Shown: positions 1 to 13,867 of the stretch, one piece after another | How positions within the stretch are numbered: position 1 is the first letter of the stretch | Layout of the letters: the number at the start of each line of letters is the position of its first letter | Source: Octopus sinensis | Taxonomy: Eukaryota | Length of the DNA: 64,000 bases | Assembly (NCBI RefSeq): GCF_006345805.1 | Contig: NC_043009.1 | Location: 12,338,001-12,402,000, forward strand | Reading direction: 5' to 3' | Notes under the pieces: model-generated | The model's input: the letters and a program-made list of their open reading frames with translations, nothing else | Database searches by the model: none | Told to the model about the DNA's origin: nothing | Translations under genes and position numbers: made by a program

Positions 1-1759
1 TGCCCTATGAATTTTATGTATTCGTGCCCGATTTGTCTGGCGACGTTATGACGAACAGTTACTGACGTTAGTTGGGAAGTGGTGACACTGCTGAAGAAGG
101 ACGCCAACAGTGGGGACATACTAGGGAATTTTCGGCCCACAATTCTACTAAACACCAAGTTTAAGGTTTTGGCCAAGGTGTTGGCGAAAAGGTTGGTGAT
201 TGTCGTTGGTTATCTTGTAGGGGAAGTACAAACATGCACAATCCCAAACAGGTCTATCCACGACAACCTCCACCTTATGCGATACATCATAGAGTGGGCT
301 GGAACTAAAGCTGGCTTCGGTGGGGCCCTGATCCATTTGGATCAATCAAATGCATTCGATAGAGTCGAGCATCACTACCTGGAAGCTGTCCTTAAAGCGG
401 ACAGTTTCGAACCCTTTTTCAGAGGGTGGATCGCTGTATTGCACAGCGGAACCTTCTCGGTGGTCAAAGTAAATGGCCATCTATCGGAACCGCTTAGCAT
501 CGTACACTCGGTCCGTCAGGGCTGCCTACTGTCACCACTTCTTTACGTGCTGGCTCTCGAGCCAAGAAGTAGGCGAGCTTGCGACTGGGCACCTGGAGAG
601 GCAGGTTGATGCTGTCAGATGGCCTCGTCGGACGCTAGACTGCCGGACTAGTTAAATTGCTCGGGTTCTGGTTTGGTCCCGATCACCCGGTCGATAAGAA
701 CTGGGACAAGGTAACGAACAGGATGGTCAATCTTATCCAGAAATGGGTTGAGAGGAAGCTGTCCTTGAAAGGTCGGGCAGAGGTGGCGAATACCTACAAC
801 ACCTCCGTCATCATTTATCATCTGACGGTTGTGCCCCAGTTATTGCTTGATCAAGTTGGAGTGTCTCTTGTTCATGTTCTTGTAGAAGGGGCGCGTTTCA
901 ATGGTCAGGCAGTGACTTAGGCATGCCGTGGATTTTGATGGGCAGATATGCGCTCAGACTGCGCCATCTGCAACGATTTCTTGAAGATGAACGTGTGTGG
1001 GCTCCGTTTGTGAGGTACATGTGTCCGCAACTCGTCTCTTTAACGGAGCTGCAGTCCTGGGTGAAGGGTAAACCAAGAGTGGGCGCCTGGCACCTAGAAG
1101 GTCGTCAGACGCTCACTGTCCTCTACCAGTCGGGCAGTAGGATCAGTGGATGTTCCACTTTAGCAATCTATAGACGATTAGTGACGGGAAAGTGCGACGA
1201 CGTCCTAAGGGAAACTGGGCGTTGATGAAGATGAACTGACTAGTATGTTTCGGAGGACTTTTCGGTCGGGGACTATTATGGATAATTTCCAGGTGTCTTT
1301 GGCTTGGCGGTACTACCGGGGTGGGGGTGGGGCACCACCGGTTAGTGGTAAACTCTACAGTCACAGATGTGCTGTCAGACGGGCTTGACCGAGGTGCACG
1401 CAGAGCAACGAAACCGTTCTGCATGCACTCGTTCAGTTTCCGGTAATTGCTGACTTATGGAGTTATGCCGAACAGCTGCTGTCGCGTGTGGAACGGATCC
1501 GTCAGTCGTCCGCCCCTTAGAGATGATTGTCCTGCTGTCCTCCTTTGATCGAGCAGACAAGGCAGTTTTCCTTTACCTGGTTGCTGTGGCGAAAGAGGTT
1601 GTCTGGTGGACGAGGCTGAAAGGAACGGGGACAGAGACAGTCCTCTTCAGTAAAGCTCTCATCGACTTTTTCAAGTTTCACTTGAAAAGCAAAGTGAGGG
1701 TGGAGAGGTGGGTGTTGACCTCGAGTGAATTTATGAAAAGGAGTGTGAAAGTTGCGAAA
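1..1759 (+). mobile_element. Degenerate L1/Tx1-clade non-LTR retrotransposon ORF2 fragment (RT domain and C-terminal region)
   Basis: ORF 79-609 has RT motifs (NFRPTILLN..FKVLAKVLAKRL, LDQSNAFDRV, VRQGCLLSPLLY). Further frameshifted pieces at 657-920 (KLSLKGRAEVAN), 923-1225 and 1457-1759. Truncated by the gap. Confidence 0.85.
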
Positions 1760-1859
1760 NNNNNNNNNNNNNNNNNNNNNNNNNNNNNNNNNNNNNNNNN
1801 NNNNNNNNNNNNNNNNNNNNNNNNNNNNNNNNNNNNNNNNNNNNNNNNNNNNNNNNNNN
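1760..1859. other. Assembly gap (100 N)
   Basis: Run of exactly 100 N, typical of a scaffolding gap of unknown size. Confidence 0.99.
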
Positions 1860-2212
1860 TTTCGGAGGTAAGTGGGTTACATCGACACCAGTGTTCAACT
1901 GGTAATTATTTTACCGACGCCGAAAGGATGAAAGGCAAAATCGACCACAGCGGAATAAGGACTCGGAACGAAAAAACGGACGAAATACCTATTTCTTTAC
2001 AACCCACAAGGGGCTAAACACAGAAAGGACAAACAAGGACAGACAGACGGATTAAGTCGATTATATCGACCCCAGTGCGTAACTGGTACTTAATTTAACG
2101 ACCCCGAAAGGAAGAAAGGCAACGTCGACCTCGGTGGAATGTGAACTCAGAACGTAGCGGCAGACGAAATACCGCTAAGCATTTGCCCGACGTGCAAAAG
2201 ATTTTACTAGCT
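1860..2212 (-). mobile_element. tRNA-derived SINE fragments (family with GAGTTCAAATTCCGCCGAGGTCGACTTTGCC core)
   Basis: B-box-like GTTCAAAT and the same core recurs at 10100-10556 and 40525-40985. Mirror copy at 48850-49229. Confidence 0.7.
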
Positions 2213-2350
2213 CACAACAACAACAACAACAACAACAACAATGATAGTATTAGTAATAAAGAAAGGTTTTAGATACGTAATTTTGAATAGATATTTCCAT
2301 GTTTTACTTTGATTTTAAAGAATATTAACTAAAAATGATTAAAGCCGTAC

Positions 2351-2497
2351 CGAGATAATGGTTTGATCCGTTGTTCCAAATTGTTTTCATACGGCAACTT
2401 GTATTGGTTCCCAGGCATTCATATTTCCAGGAACTTTCGCTGTAAGTACTGTTTGTCATATTGAAGGATACAATATATGGCATTTTACACGAATAAC
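2351..2497 (-). CDS. Probable exon 4 (left copy): degenerate Sushi-like module
   Basis: Mirror of 48574-48720 with 4 differences (L>M, E>G, two synonymous Asn). Frame open, acceptor TTTTTTAACAG. Confidence 0.6.
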
Positions 2498-3039
2498 CTG
2501 TTAAAAAAAAATATATATATATATAAGAACTACCTGTTGTAGCACACAGTACTTTAGTATTTGTTTACTTAAATATATTATTACAGGAGCGTGAGCACAC
2601 GCATATTTCATATTAAAATCTCCTCAGTCATGCTGTTCCGAATCGGATCAAACTGCTTAAAAGGTAATCTAGCAAAGGTGCAAAGTACTTTTACTGTAGC
2701 CTCAGATAGATCAATACTATGTAATCCAGTGGTAGGGAGGTCCCGTCATATACATATACAGGGTTCACCAAAAGTTCCCCGAGAGTAAATCAAAATTCCA
2801 TAAATACTATCTCTTATTCTGTATTGACTCGAATAGAAAAATGTGTCCCTCAAGAAGGACTTCACTTTGAACAATTTTCATGATGTTTCATATTTAGGTG
2901 CTTTTATTAAATTCATTCAGTCATTAAACATAAGTAAATATTGGAATTTAAATGGTTTTGATTCAAAATGTGACCTCGTGTGTACTGTTGGCGATTTTTT
3001 TCCTCTGTCTTCCCTTCTCTGGATCTTTCCTTCTCCCAT

Positions 3040-3074
3040 GTTTCCGACGAAGAGCTCCGCTCGAAACGTTAAAC
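3040..3074 (+). ncRNA. Minimal hammerhead-like motif
   Basis: gttt-CCGACGA-A-GAGC-tcc-GCTC-GAAAC-GTT-aaac. Confidence 0.4.
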
Positions 3075-3331
3075 CCTCCTTCTTTCTTTCTTTCCTGAGC
3101 GTCCAATAATACTATATTTGTTCCACGTCCTCGCGTTGTTGTGTTTCTTTGTGTTTTCTTGTTTGGATTAACTATATATATATATATATATACATGTATA
3201 CATTTTGCTTGTTTGTTATGTAGGGAAGTAAATATGTGAGCTAGCATGATCTCTCCCTCCCCTCCCCTCTCAAACCAAGATATAAATATTAAAAAATACA
3301 TTTCTATCAACAAACATTCCCTGTCTAACCT

Positions 3332-3382
<51 letters not shown>

Positions 3383-3772
3383 TCATTCCCTTTTATCTAA
3401 AGACATGTATCTTACACCTCATTAACACCTTCCTCCAGACACACACCTAAGCTCATCTTTATGGTAGAAAATTACTGAAGCTACTCTTTATAAAATTAAG
3501 ATAGTTGATTCAGCCATAGAAGAACTTGAAAATCATCTGACCATTATATTTTCTACCAAAGTCCGACTATTCAAGTGGAACCAGCAGGAGGTCACTTTCA
3601 CTTGCCTTTCATAAAGCACCTCTTAAATAACCCTGACTTCCCAACTTCATCCTCAATCAATTATCTTGCTTTTACCATTGAATATTTTCTTTCACCTCTG
3701 GTTCGTCAGCACTCCTTCACTCGCACGCTTATCATTAACAAACACCAACCCCACATCTGACATACCCACATC

Positions 3773-3874
<102 letters not shown>

Positions 3875-4041
3875 ATTACACAGCACAACATAAACTGAAG
3901 ATGAGTCAAATAAGATACTTGTTGGGTTTATGATATGGGGAGTATTGGGACGATTGTAATCTTAAAGAAACGTCTAAAAATTAGTGGTTTTATAGTAATT
4001 GTCAAAAGTACTGGATAGGTTGAAGTAAGTTTAATTGTTTG

Positions 4042-4093
<52 letters not shown>

Positions 4094-5057
4094 TAATAAT
4101 AAAAATAATTATAATAATAATAATATATATATATATATTATACACACATACACACACACATATATTCGTATGTGTTTAGGTACATATGCATGTGTATATG
4201 TTCCAGTATGCGGGCCTATATAATAGTGCATATAGACATTTATATGAATTTATTTTTTATTCTTGAGATTCACACAGAGAGAACCTACTTACCTACCTAC
4301 CTACCTACCTACCTACCTACGTACCTACCTACCTACCTACCTACCTACCTAATTACCTACCAGTGGTTTACATGCTAGTTAAACCATAGGTGGAACAGCT
4401 GTTAGTAATCAGGATCAGATTACAATATATTACAATATAATAGGATCAAATATCGCTGGAATATATGGTACAATACCATGGTAAAAGTCACTCAAGGTAG
4501 GCAGTATTTGAGTTCAATTCATAGGACGTTTAAGAGGCCAACATAAAACCAGGTAATATCTATGATGTTGCTAGCTAGATGCCTAATACTGCTTGGAGAA
4601 GTTAATCATGTTAATGAGAGTAATACGACCAGCTGCTTTGTAATTTGAAGTGGCTTAAAAACGTGACTTCATCGGAATTTGAACTTGGTAAAAAAATACT
4701 TTAAGAAAACACCACGGCCATTTTGTTCAATCGCGTAGCAACTAAAAACAGCACCCCGGTGTTTCTCATGGGAGAATGGACTGTGAAAGTAGAAAAAAGC
4801 AGCAGACAGACTATCTGCGACATTAAGATTTTAACACGAGCAACATTAAGATGGTTTCAGGTTGTTTAGATGCGAAGAAAAAGAATAGATGCAAACAATA
4901 TTTCATTTCCTCATTAATAAAGAGGCTGGAGCCAAATGTTTCACAAATGATTTGAGAAACAAAATGGAATTAATCAGTTCGAGAATCTAAACTGTAGCAT
5001 ACACGTAATAGATGAGGTCACATGTTCTTCAGTTAAAAACTGTAAATAAAATAATAT

Positions 5058-5279
5058 ACTCTTTTACTCTCTCTTTTACTTGTTTCAGTCATGTGACTGT
5101 GGCCATGCTGGAGCACCGGTTTTAGTCGAGCAAATCGACACCAAGAATTATGCTTTGTAAGCCTAGCACTTATTCCATCGGTCCGTTTTGCTGAACCGCT
5201 AAGTTACGTGGACGTAAACACACCAGCATCGGTTGTCAAGAGATGTTGGGGCACAAACACACAAACATACACACACACA

Positions 5280-5323
<44 letters not shown>

Positions 5324-5357
5324 CACACACACACACACACACACACCACACACACAC

Positions 5358-5425
<68 letters not shown>

Positions 5426-5585
5426 CGACGGGCTTCTTTTCAGTTTCAGTTTCCACTCACGAGGTTTTCGTCGGCCCGAGGCTATAGTAGAAGACACTTG
5501 GCCAAGATGCCACGCAGTGGGACTGAACCAGGAACCATGTGGTTGGTAAGCAAGCTACTTACCACGCAGCCACTCCTACGCCCAT
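5058..5585 (-). mobile_element. tRNA-derived SINE with internal (TA)n/(TG)n microsatellite
   Basis: Head GTGGCTGCGTGGTAAG..GGTTCAGTCCCACTGCGTGGC; body GACAACCGATGCTGGTGTGTTTACG; tail AAGTAAAAGAG. Many copies in the window. Confidence 0.8.
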
Positions 5586-6542
5586 ATATTTCCTTAATTA
5601 TCACACATTTATCTAAATTACACAATAGTTTTAAAACGTACTTCAAATCCAGATATTTCATGTGAAGGATAGCTATGAAGGACGTAGAGTAAAGGAGATG
5701 GTAAGACTCATGCTGATCACGTTCTCTCCATTATCTAACGATTTAATATGAAACAATATTTACGGTAAAAGCAACCGAAATAGTCATATTAATTATAATG
5801 ATAATAGCAAATATTATTTTCATTTGTAAATGGTCATGCGCTAAGATTATTAACGTCTGTTGACTTTGAATTTGGATGGACCGACTTCTTGACCTCTTGG
5901 AATTGCATCTCATTGATCAGTTGCTATGGTATTTGTTGCTCTTCTGTCTCAGAAGTAAATTACCTTACTTATATGTAATGCCAGTTAGCGATATAAAAGG
6001 TGTAACTCTCTTTTAAGGATCATGTGAACGAAAACGATCAATATATTTTTCGTTATATCCCCTTATATCCCACCAATGAAATAATCAAGATTCAAGGTTA
6101 TATAAAGAAGAAAAGGAAAGGAAATAGTTATTAATCATGAGTTGTTGATTGTGCGTTTTAGATTAAAAGCCAAAGTTCTCGAATCAGTTGTTCGACCTGC
6201 TGGTTATAACAGCCAAGTCTTTCTTAATTCACAATTACACTTCCCCCTTTTTAGGAAAAGAGGCCGTCATTTGAGGGAGATCTAAGTGAGATAATAAAGG
6301 TAGGTGTTATTTGAAGGTGACATTGAAAAATGTATTCCTAAATCCATATTGCCTGAAAGAGATAAGAGATCAGAATCATTGGAACACTTTTAATGATATT
6401 TCTGCCTGATCAATGTTGACTTGGTATAAAATAGCAATTAAATAAACGATATTAAGTGCATACGTGTGCCATTTCAAATCTGTGAATTCATTTCCTTTAT
6501 TCAACCCACACGAAGAAGAATATAATTTACTTAAAAACTTAC

Positions 6543-6701
6543 GACATGCTTCTGGTTTCGACCAAACTGAGCTGTGCTGACACTTTGATTTTCGAGCGTC
6601 TTCTCCAATCATATTCACCAAACACTTATATCTCACAAACCAATTATTGCCCCAAGCGATCACCGCGGAGTTCATCTGGAGTGGTAGACCACAGTCTCTG
6701 T
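6543..6701 (-). CDS. Exon 3 (left copy): Sushi/CCP-like domain
   Basis: Identical reverse complement of 44384-44542; splice sites intact. Confidence 0.8.
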
Positions 6702-7403
6702 CTATGATATTTATTAGATGTAAAAAAGAGAAGAAACGTATTTGTCAAATATTAATAGCATAGCACTGCTGAGCAGTACAATAGTATCAAGAACAACACG
6801 GTTGAATTGAACTTCATTCCCTCACAACGATTTAACCTATCTTTAAATCTATGAGTAGACAAGATTATCAGACTATGTTTTAAGATACAGCATGAACTAT
6901 ATCTCATATTAAACGAATTTGTACAATCCACATTACTCAAATGAGTATTCCGTGGAATTCTGAACACCCGCTTTAGCAAATTTTAATGTTTTGCATTAAC
7001 TACACAATATTAAGCAAAGTTGTACGTTAAATATATTATCTTTACCTAGAAATCTCTAACTTCCACGCCAATAATCTGATAGGGCTTTTACTTCCTTCAC
7101 AGAATAATGATTTCGCCCTTCAGCATTTAAAAAGGCTATATGCGGCCAAAATATTCTGCCTCTTTTGTTATGAAAGGGACCAGATCCAAAATCTCACATT
7201 TACTTTACAATGTTATAGTAAAAATAAATTATCACATGACTGAGGTCTTAAAGCCACAAGATAATGCAGGATTAATTCAAGACAATGTTACTTTGGACAG
7301 AGTACTGTGAAAGCTAAAAGGTTAAGCAAAAGGATTTTCTACATAACGAGAATATAAGACGAAATATTTTTACATCAACATTAACATACAAAATGTAACT
7401 TAC

Positions 7404-7491
7404 CCAATTCTAAGCAGTAGTAGGTATTGATTCCAGGTAAACACATTTCCCAATCCTTACATGAATGATTGAAGCAGCTTCCAGCAATTCG
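7404..7491 (-). CDS. Exon 2 (left copy): EGF-like module
   Basis: Identical reverse complement of 43593-43680; splice sites intact. Confidence 0.8.
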
Positions 7492-7904
7492 CTGATATTG
7501 GAGACAAGAATAACATTCTTTTTTTTTACAAGAGGGATAAAGCATCATCTATTCGAAGCTTTGTTCAAAGCCTCGCAATAGTTGATTCATCAAAGAAAGA
7601 AAACAGTTGAGAAGCTTTCTGTAAATGATTTATAGAAAAAAGTTATTACCAACCAAAGAGTTACGCGAAACCCTGTCGAAGAAATGAATGCAGCAGTTTA
7701 AAAAAATATAAAAGAGATTTATAATAGATCTCTATATTCATATATTTTGCTTGGTCCATGGAATATAGTCCCTACCCCACTGCACACATTCCATAGATGT
7801 GAATTTAAAACATAACTGAAACATGCTGGTGTGCTGCCAAGCGAACAAAAAGGAATTTTGAACCACACGCTCAGCCCGTCAAGGATGTCCTATAACGCAA
7901 GTTC

Positions 7905-8753
7905 TACGAGGTGGTATCAAAGAGGTCTACGGAATAGTTACGTCTGATAAAAAATAACTTATTCACCTAGGTCTTAAAATCAGCGTTCCTGCTACTTTTG
8001 GAATCCCGCCTGGAAGCCGTTTACCGTAAGCGAGTCGAAGTCGTTCCGCGATTCGCTCTTGATCTCAACGACGGGGTTCAAACTGCGACATTTGAGTTGC
8101 ATTCTCATCTTGGAGAAGAGATGGAAGTTTTCTGATGCTAAGTCTGGGTAATAGGGCAGATTCGAAGGCGATACCGTGTTGATTTTTGCGAGAAACTCAC
8201 GGGTAAGGAGAGCTCGGTAACAAGGTGCGTTGTCGTTGTGAAGAATCCAATTTTTCGCACTTCAAAGATCTGCTCACTTTCGCCGAATGCCCTCCATCAA
8301 ATCCTTGAAAATATCGCAGTAGAACTCTTGAATGACGGTCTGTTTCTGGAGGACGAACTCTCTATGCACAACACCACGGTTATCGACAAGAACGATGAGC
8401 GTGCTCTTGATTCAGCTGCAGCTATGTCTTTTGAAGCGTCCGAGCAAGTTGAAGCATTGCGTACTACCAATTGCCTCATCGCCGTAAGCTCGCCGAAGCA
8501 TGCTCAATGTCTTTGTACTCGACTCCCCAAGCTTAACGCAAATTTCACTTTGGCTCTTCCTTCCAACTTGCTGTCCATGACAAAAATCGCTGACTACAGT
8601 ATACACGTGAGCACAAAACACAAACTTAACAACTAGCAAAGCGATGTTCCTAGGCACACTGCCTTGTGAAGGTCATTCTTGGGTCTCACTGCGCACGAAA
8701 CCGTGTGCTGCCATCTATTAGTGTACTACTGAAGCTTTTGATACTGGCTCGTA
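7905..8753 (-). mobile_element. Internally deleted mariner (Tc1/mariner) element
   Basis: Imperfect TIRs TACGAG..GTATCAAA at both ends with terminal TA. Frameshifted transposase N-terminus (MDSKLE..CVKLGES.TKTLSMLRRAYGDEAIGSTQCF). Confidence 0.85.
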
Positions 8754-9611
8754 TGTTACAAGGGTTAGCGTTGCTTACTTGACTAACTCGCTTCTATCGT
8801 AGCAGATCTTGACTGTAATTGGCAGCAAACCAGAAGCATTCCTAGTTGTGTGAGCCAAGAAAATGTGACTGCTAAGGAAAAACCGAAGCAAGAAGAACAG
8901 GCGCGGCGATTTTAAGTCCGTAGCTGTTCTCAACAGTTAAAGATTTTTAGCAAAGGTGTTTACAATTATGTTGGTGCTTTTTGTTTAATAATAGTCAGAG
9001 GTGCACAAATCTGTACAGTTCTATATGCAGCAGCCTATATTACATACCTACCTACACCGAAACCACATTTATTCCCGATATAGTCAATACGTAGATTAAC
9101 CAATTGGCACCTCAGCAACAGGGAAGAAATTACCAGTTCAAGATAAACTTTTGAGGTACGGCAATATGATGAGCCAGGGCTAACGGAATGTACTGAGAGA
9201 TATGAAACTGTTTTGTATGCAGTTGTTCAATGTCTGAATATCTGAGCATTGTTGACGAGCAGAATTACGTAACTAAGCCGTTATCGTGGCATAGAGAAAG
9301 AGATTTTACGAAGGGTAGGACTAAGACAATTGATATCAGACATTGTGCTGTTCGTCCAAGCTCTGATAAGCTTTGTTAAATACCACTTCGGAACGGAGAC
9401 GGAAGCTCTTCTCTTCAGTAAATTTATTGAAAGGTAAATGAAAACAGGGAGCATGTTGGGGCCCGATAAGTTCAGTCTCAGTTTTTGCGCGTTATTTCCT
9501 AAGTTTCAGTTTCGAAAGGCATTTAGGGATTTTCAAGGCACCCAGTTTCCTTGAACTAACTGTCCCCTTTTAGGCCATATGTATTTTATAATTTTTTATT
9601 CCAATATTTTC

Positions 9612-9968
9612 TTTTACTCTCTTAATCTTTTACATGTGACTGTGACCATGCTGGAGCACCGCCTTTAGTCGAGCAAATCGACCCCAGGTCTTATTCTTTG
9701 TAAGCCTAATATTTATCCTACCGATCCCTTTTGCCGAACCGCGGAACGTAAACACCCAGCATCGGTTGTCAAGCGACATTGGGAGAGGGAAACAAACACA
9801 AACACACAAACATATACACACACATACATATATATACAAATATATCGACGGGCTTCTTTCAGTTTCCATTTACCAAATTGCTCGGCCCGAGTCTATAGTA
9901 GAATACACTTGCCCAAAGTTCCACGCAGTGGGACTGAGACCGGAACCATGTGGTTGGTAAGCAAGCTA
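9612..9968 (-). mobile_element. 5'-truncated copy of the same SINE family
   Basis: Same body and tail; mirror at 41110-41473. Confidence 0.75.
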
Positions 9969-10099
9969 GTTTATTTCAATCGCATATTACCACCACCCAC
10001 AACAACAACACCTTAACGAGAAGCAATAACGACAGTGGTAACAACGATACAATTAATAGTAACATTAGCAGCAGCTGCGTAGTAGATGAGATATCAATT

Positions 10100-10249
10100 C
10101 TATAGAACGTACCAATACTTAATTTATTGACCCAGAGAGGACGAAAGGCGAAGTCAAATTGGGTGAAATTTGAACTGAAAACGTAGTGACGGGCGAAATA
10201 CCGCTAAGCATTTCATCCAGTGTGCTAACGATTCTACCAGCTCACCTAC

Positions 10250-10319
<70 letters not shown>

Positions 10320-10556
10320 TAATAATAATAATCCTTTCTACTATAGGCACAAGGACTGGAGTTTTGTGGGGAGAGGGGCAATCGATCACATCGATCACAT
10401 GGACCCCAATACTTGACTGGTACTTAATTTATCGACCCTGAAATGGATGAAAGGCAAAGTCAACCTCGGCGGAATTTGAACTCAAAACGTAGCAACAGAC
10501 GAAATACGCTAAGCATTTCGTCCAGTGTGCTAACGATTCTTCCACCTCACCTCCTT
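10100..10556 (-). mobile_element. Two SINE fragments separated by an (AAT)n tract
   Basis: CGAAATACCGCTAAGCATTTC core occurs twice; mirror at 40525-40985. Confidence 0.65.
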
Positions 10557-10616
10557 TATAATAATAATAATAATATTAATAATAATAATAATAATAAAAA
10601 TAATAATAATAATATC

Positions 10617-10672
<56 letters not shown>

Positions 10673-10674
<2 letters not shown>

Positions 10675-13600
10675 CAACAATGCCCAATAATATAAACACT
10701 GAAACAGTAAAACACGAAGACAGACGTAACATTCCCAACAAACACGATGTAAACAAAAAACAACAAACCCAGACCGTAAGGATGCATAATAATACAAGAC
10801 AAACAGCAAGCCAAAACACGGCAAACAAACATATAGATAAGAAGAAAGCGACACAAATCTAAAACCTGGAAACAACGAAGGGGAGCCTAATGATTATGAT
10901 GATATAAAAAGTAAAATAATCAAAATGATCCACCGACCATACCTCCCAAAAATCCCATACCTCCCAAAAATCAAAATAGACGAAACAACACCAATTATAA
11001 ACAGCATAAACCTAGCCGTCACCGAACTAATAGCCACTGAAACAAAAAGCGATATCACTGAGCTAAATGCCTTAGTGTACGCAGCAGCCACTGCAGCCAC
11101 AAAAGAAGCTGGATACTCACTCAAACCCATCCAAACAGGAGTACCGCCACCCAAACAAACCCTGTGGATAAATAACATCCAAAATAAAATACAAAAAATG
11201 AGAAAGATCTGTCGATTCTTAATGAATTCAGTAGACAATCAACGCTACTGAGCAACAAAAAGAAAACAAAAATACTCCGCAAATATAACATCACAGAAAA
11301 ATATTTACCTGAGATAAAAGAAAAGCTGAAGCAAGATATCCTTGCTGAAGCAAGATATCCTTGCCAAAGCAAGATATCCTTGCCAAAGCACAAAGGATCC
11401 GCCGATACGAGAAACGCCAGCGCTTCTTTGAACAAAACAAAAAGTTCAACTCCAACCCCAAAAAGTTCTACCAAGAACTTGGCAAAAATAAAATAGACAT
11501 CACTGCAGCACCAACGGCAGAAGAAGTGGAAGAATTCTGGAGAGAAATATGGTCGGCGAACGAACAACCAAAAAAAAAGGAATATCAAAACAACAAACTC
11601 AGCATCTGAGCAACTTTGGACCCCCATAACATGCAAAGACTAAGCAACTGGAAAGCACCTGGGCATGACAAGATCCTCAACTTCTGGTTGAAATATCTAA
11701 CAGGAATGCACAAAAAGCTGGCTGAAAACTTTAACAACATACTAGCAGAGCCAGAGACAATGCCTGAATGGCTCACGAAGGGGAAAACCATCTTAATTCC
11801 CAAATCAAATGAGACAGCAAAACCAGAAAACTACAGACCAATAACCTGTCTCCCTACAATGTACAAGGCATTTACTGCAGTGATATCGCAAAGGTTGAAC
11901 AAGCAAACAGTGCTACAGCTCCAAACAAAAGAGGCACTCATGAAAACCAAAGCCATCCCCATTAGAAGAGGAATATTCAGGGAGACACGCTCTCTCCACT
12001 CCTTTTCTGCTTGGCACTGTCACCTCTATCTGATATGCTAATAGAACTGGATGCGGATGTAAATGTTACGGCAAAACGATCAGCCACCTTTTATATATGG
12101 ATGACCTAAAACTATACGCTGCAAATGACAAACAGCTGGAAACACTATTAAAGACAGTTCATGGATTTACCAAAGAAATATATATGAAATTTGGATTAGA
12201 AAAATGCGCCAAAGTAACCCTAAAAAGAGGAAAACTAGTTAAGTGTAGCAACATCACACTAGATAAGACCAATGAAATAAAAGAATTAGACCAAAGCCAA
12301 ACTTACATATACTTAGGAATCCATGAACTAGATAAGACACAACACACACAAATGAAAGAGAAAATAAAAAAAGAATATTATAGACGAGTTAGATCAATGC
12401 TAAAAACAGAGCTCAATGCTAAAAGCAAGATAATAGGTATTAACACTTTAGCTGCCCAGTTATAAGTTACAGCTACAATATCCTTAACTGGACACGAAAT
12501 AAACTGACCAAAATAGATAGGAAAACAAGAAAAATAATGACAGGATCTAGGATGCATCACCCAAAATCTGACATAGAAAGACTATATATACAACATATAG
12601 AAGGGGGTAGAGGCCTTATACAGCTGGAAAACTACTATAAAATAACCACCATAGAACTGCAAACATATCTACTTCAGAAGGAAGAAAACTGATACAAATA
12701 GCGGCAAAACACGAGCAAAACAAAAAACTGTTCTCAGTATTTAAGGAAGCTGACAAATACGAACAAGAAATCATACCACCTAATAAATATGAAGAAGAAG
12801 AAAAAGAAGAAGAACATGAAGAGAACAACAAAAGCTATAAAACAAATGAAATCCAAACTAAAAATAGAACAGCAACGAACCATGATAAAACGATGGCAAT
12901 AAAAGCCCCTTCATGGTAAATACTGCACTAAACTAAACACAAAAGAAATAGACAAAGAAAAATCCCAGCAAAGGTTGAGAAGCTCAGGACTCAAAGCAGA
13001 GACAGAGGGATTTTTAATTGCAGCACAAGACCAAAGCCTCCCCACCAGAAATTACCAAAAACTTGTAATGAAAAGAAATATAACAAGTAACTGCAGAATA
13101 CATGGGGATGGACAAGAAACAATAAATCATATTATCTCTCGCTGCCCAGTCCTGGCTAAGAAGGAATATATTCACAGACATGACAGAGTTGGAATCTACA
13201 TACACTGGAAGCTATGCCAACATTATGGAATAACAACAGAAAAAAGATGGTATATGCACACACCAGAAAAGGTCACAGGAAACGAGAAGGCAACCATACT
13301 CTGGGATATGCCGATACACACAGATAGAGAAATTAAGGCCAACAGACCAGATATAGTTGTCAAAGATCATGAAGAAAAAAATGCTTTCTAATTGATGTAT
13401 CAATACCGGCTGATGACAACGTGTCTCTAAAAGAAATGGAGAAACTCTCAAAATACAAAGACCTGGAAATAGAGGTAACCAGAATGTGGAATCTAAAAAC
13501 AGAAACAATTCCTATCATAGTAGGTGCATTAGGCATGATAAAAAAATATTCAGACAAATACATAAGAAAAACACCAGGACTTACAAACACATATAACATA

Positions 13601-13757
13601 CAGAAAATTGCACTACTAGGCACTACACACATCCTACGCAGAACACTTTCCATACAATAACCATCGGAGCATCACAATAAATCACAGAACATACCTAAGG
13701 CACACAGAGCTGCGCTCGGTAGTGAAGTGAAAGCACGCTATAAAAATAAAACTACTG
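10673..13757 (+). mobile_element. R4/Dong-type (restriction-like endonuclease) non-LTR retrotransposon, degenerate, flanked by (AAT)n on both sides
   Basis: RT motifs (NWKAPGHD, ENYRPITCLPTMYK, RGIF, YMDDLKLY), CCHC knuckle (CRIHG..ETINHIISRC), PD-(D/E)xK region (RPDIVV..LIDVSIP), C-terminal IPIIVGALG. Frameshifts and an internal deletion. Confidence 0.9.
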
Positions 13758-13806
13758 AATAATAATAATAATATAATAATAATATATAATAATAATAATA
13801 ATAATA

Positions 13807-13840
<34 letters not shown>

Positions 13841-13867
13841 TAATATAATAATAATAATAATAATAAA

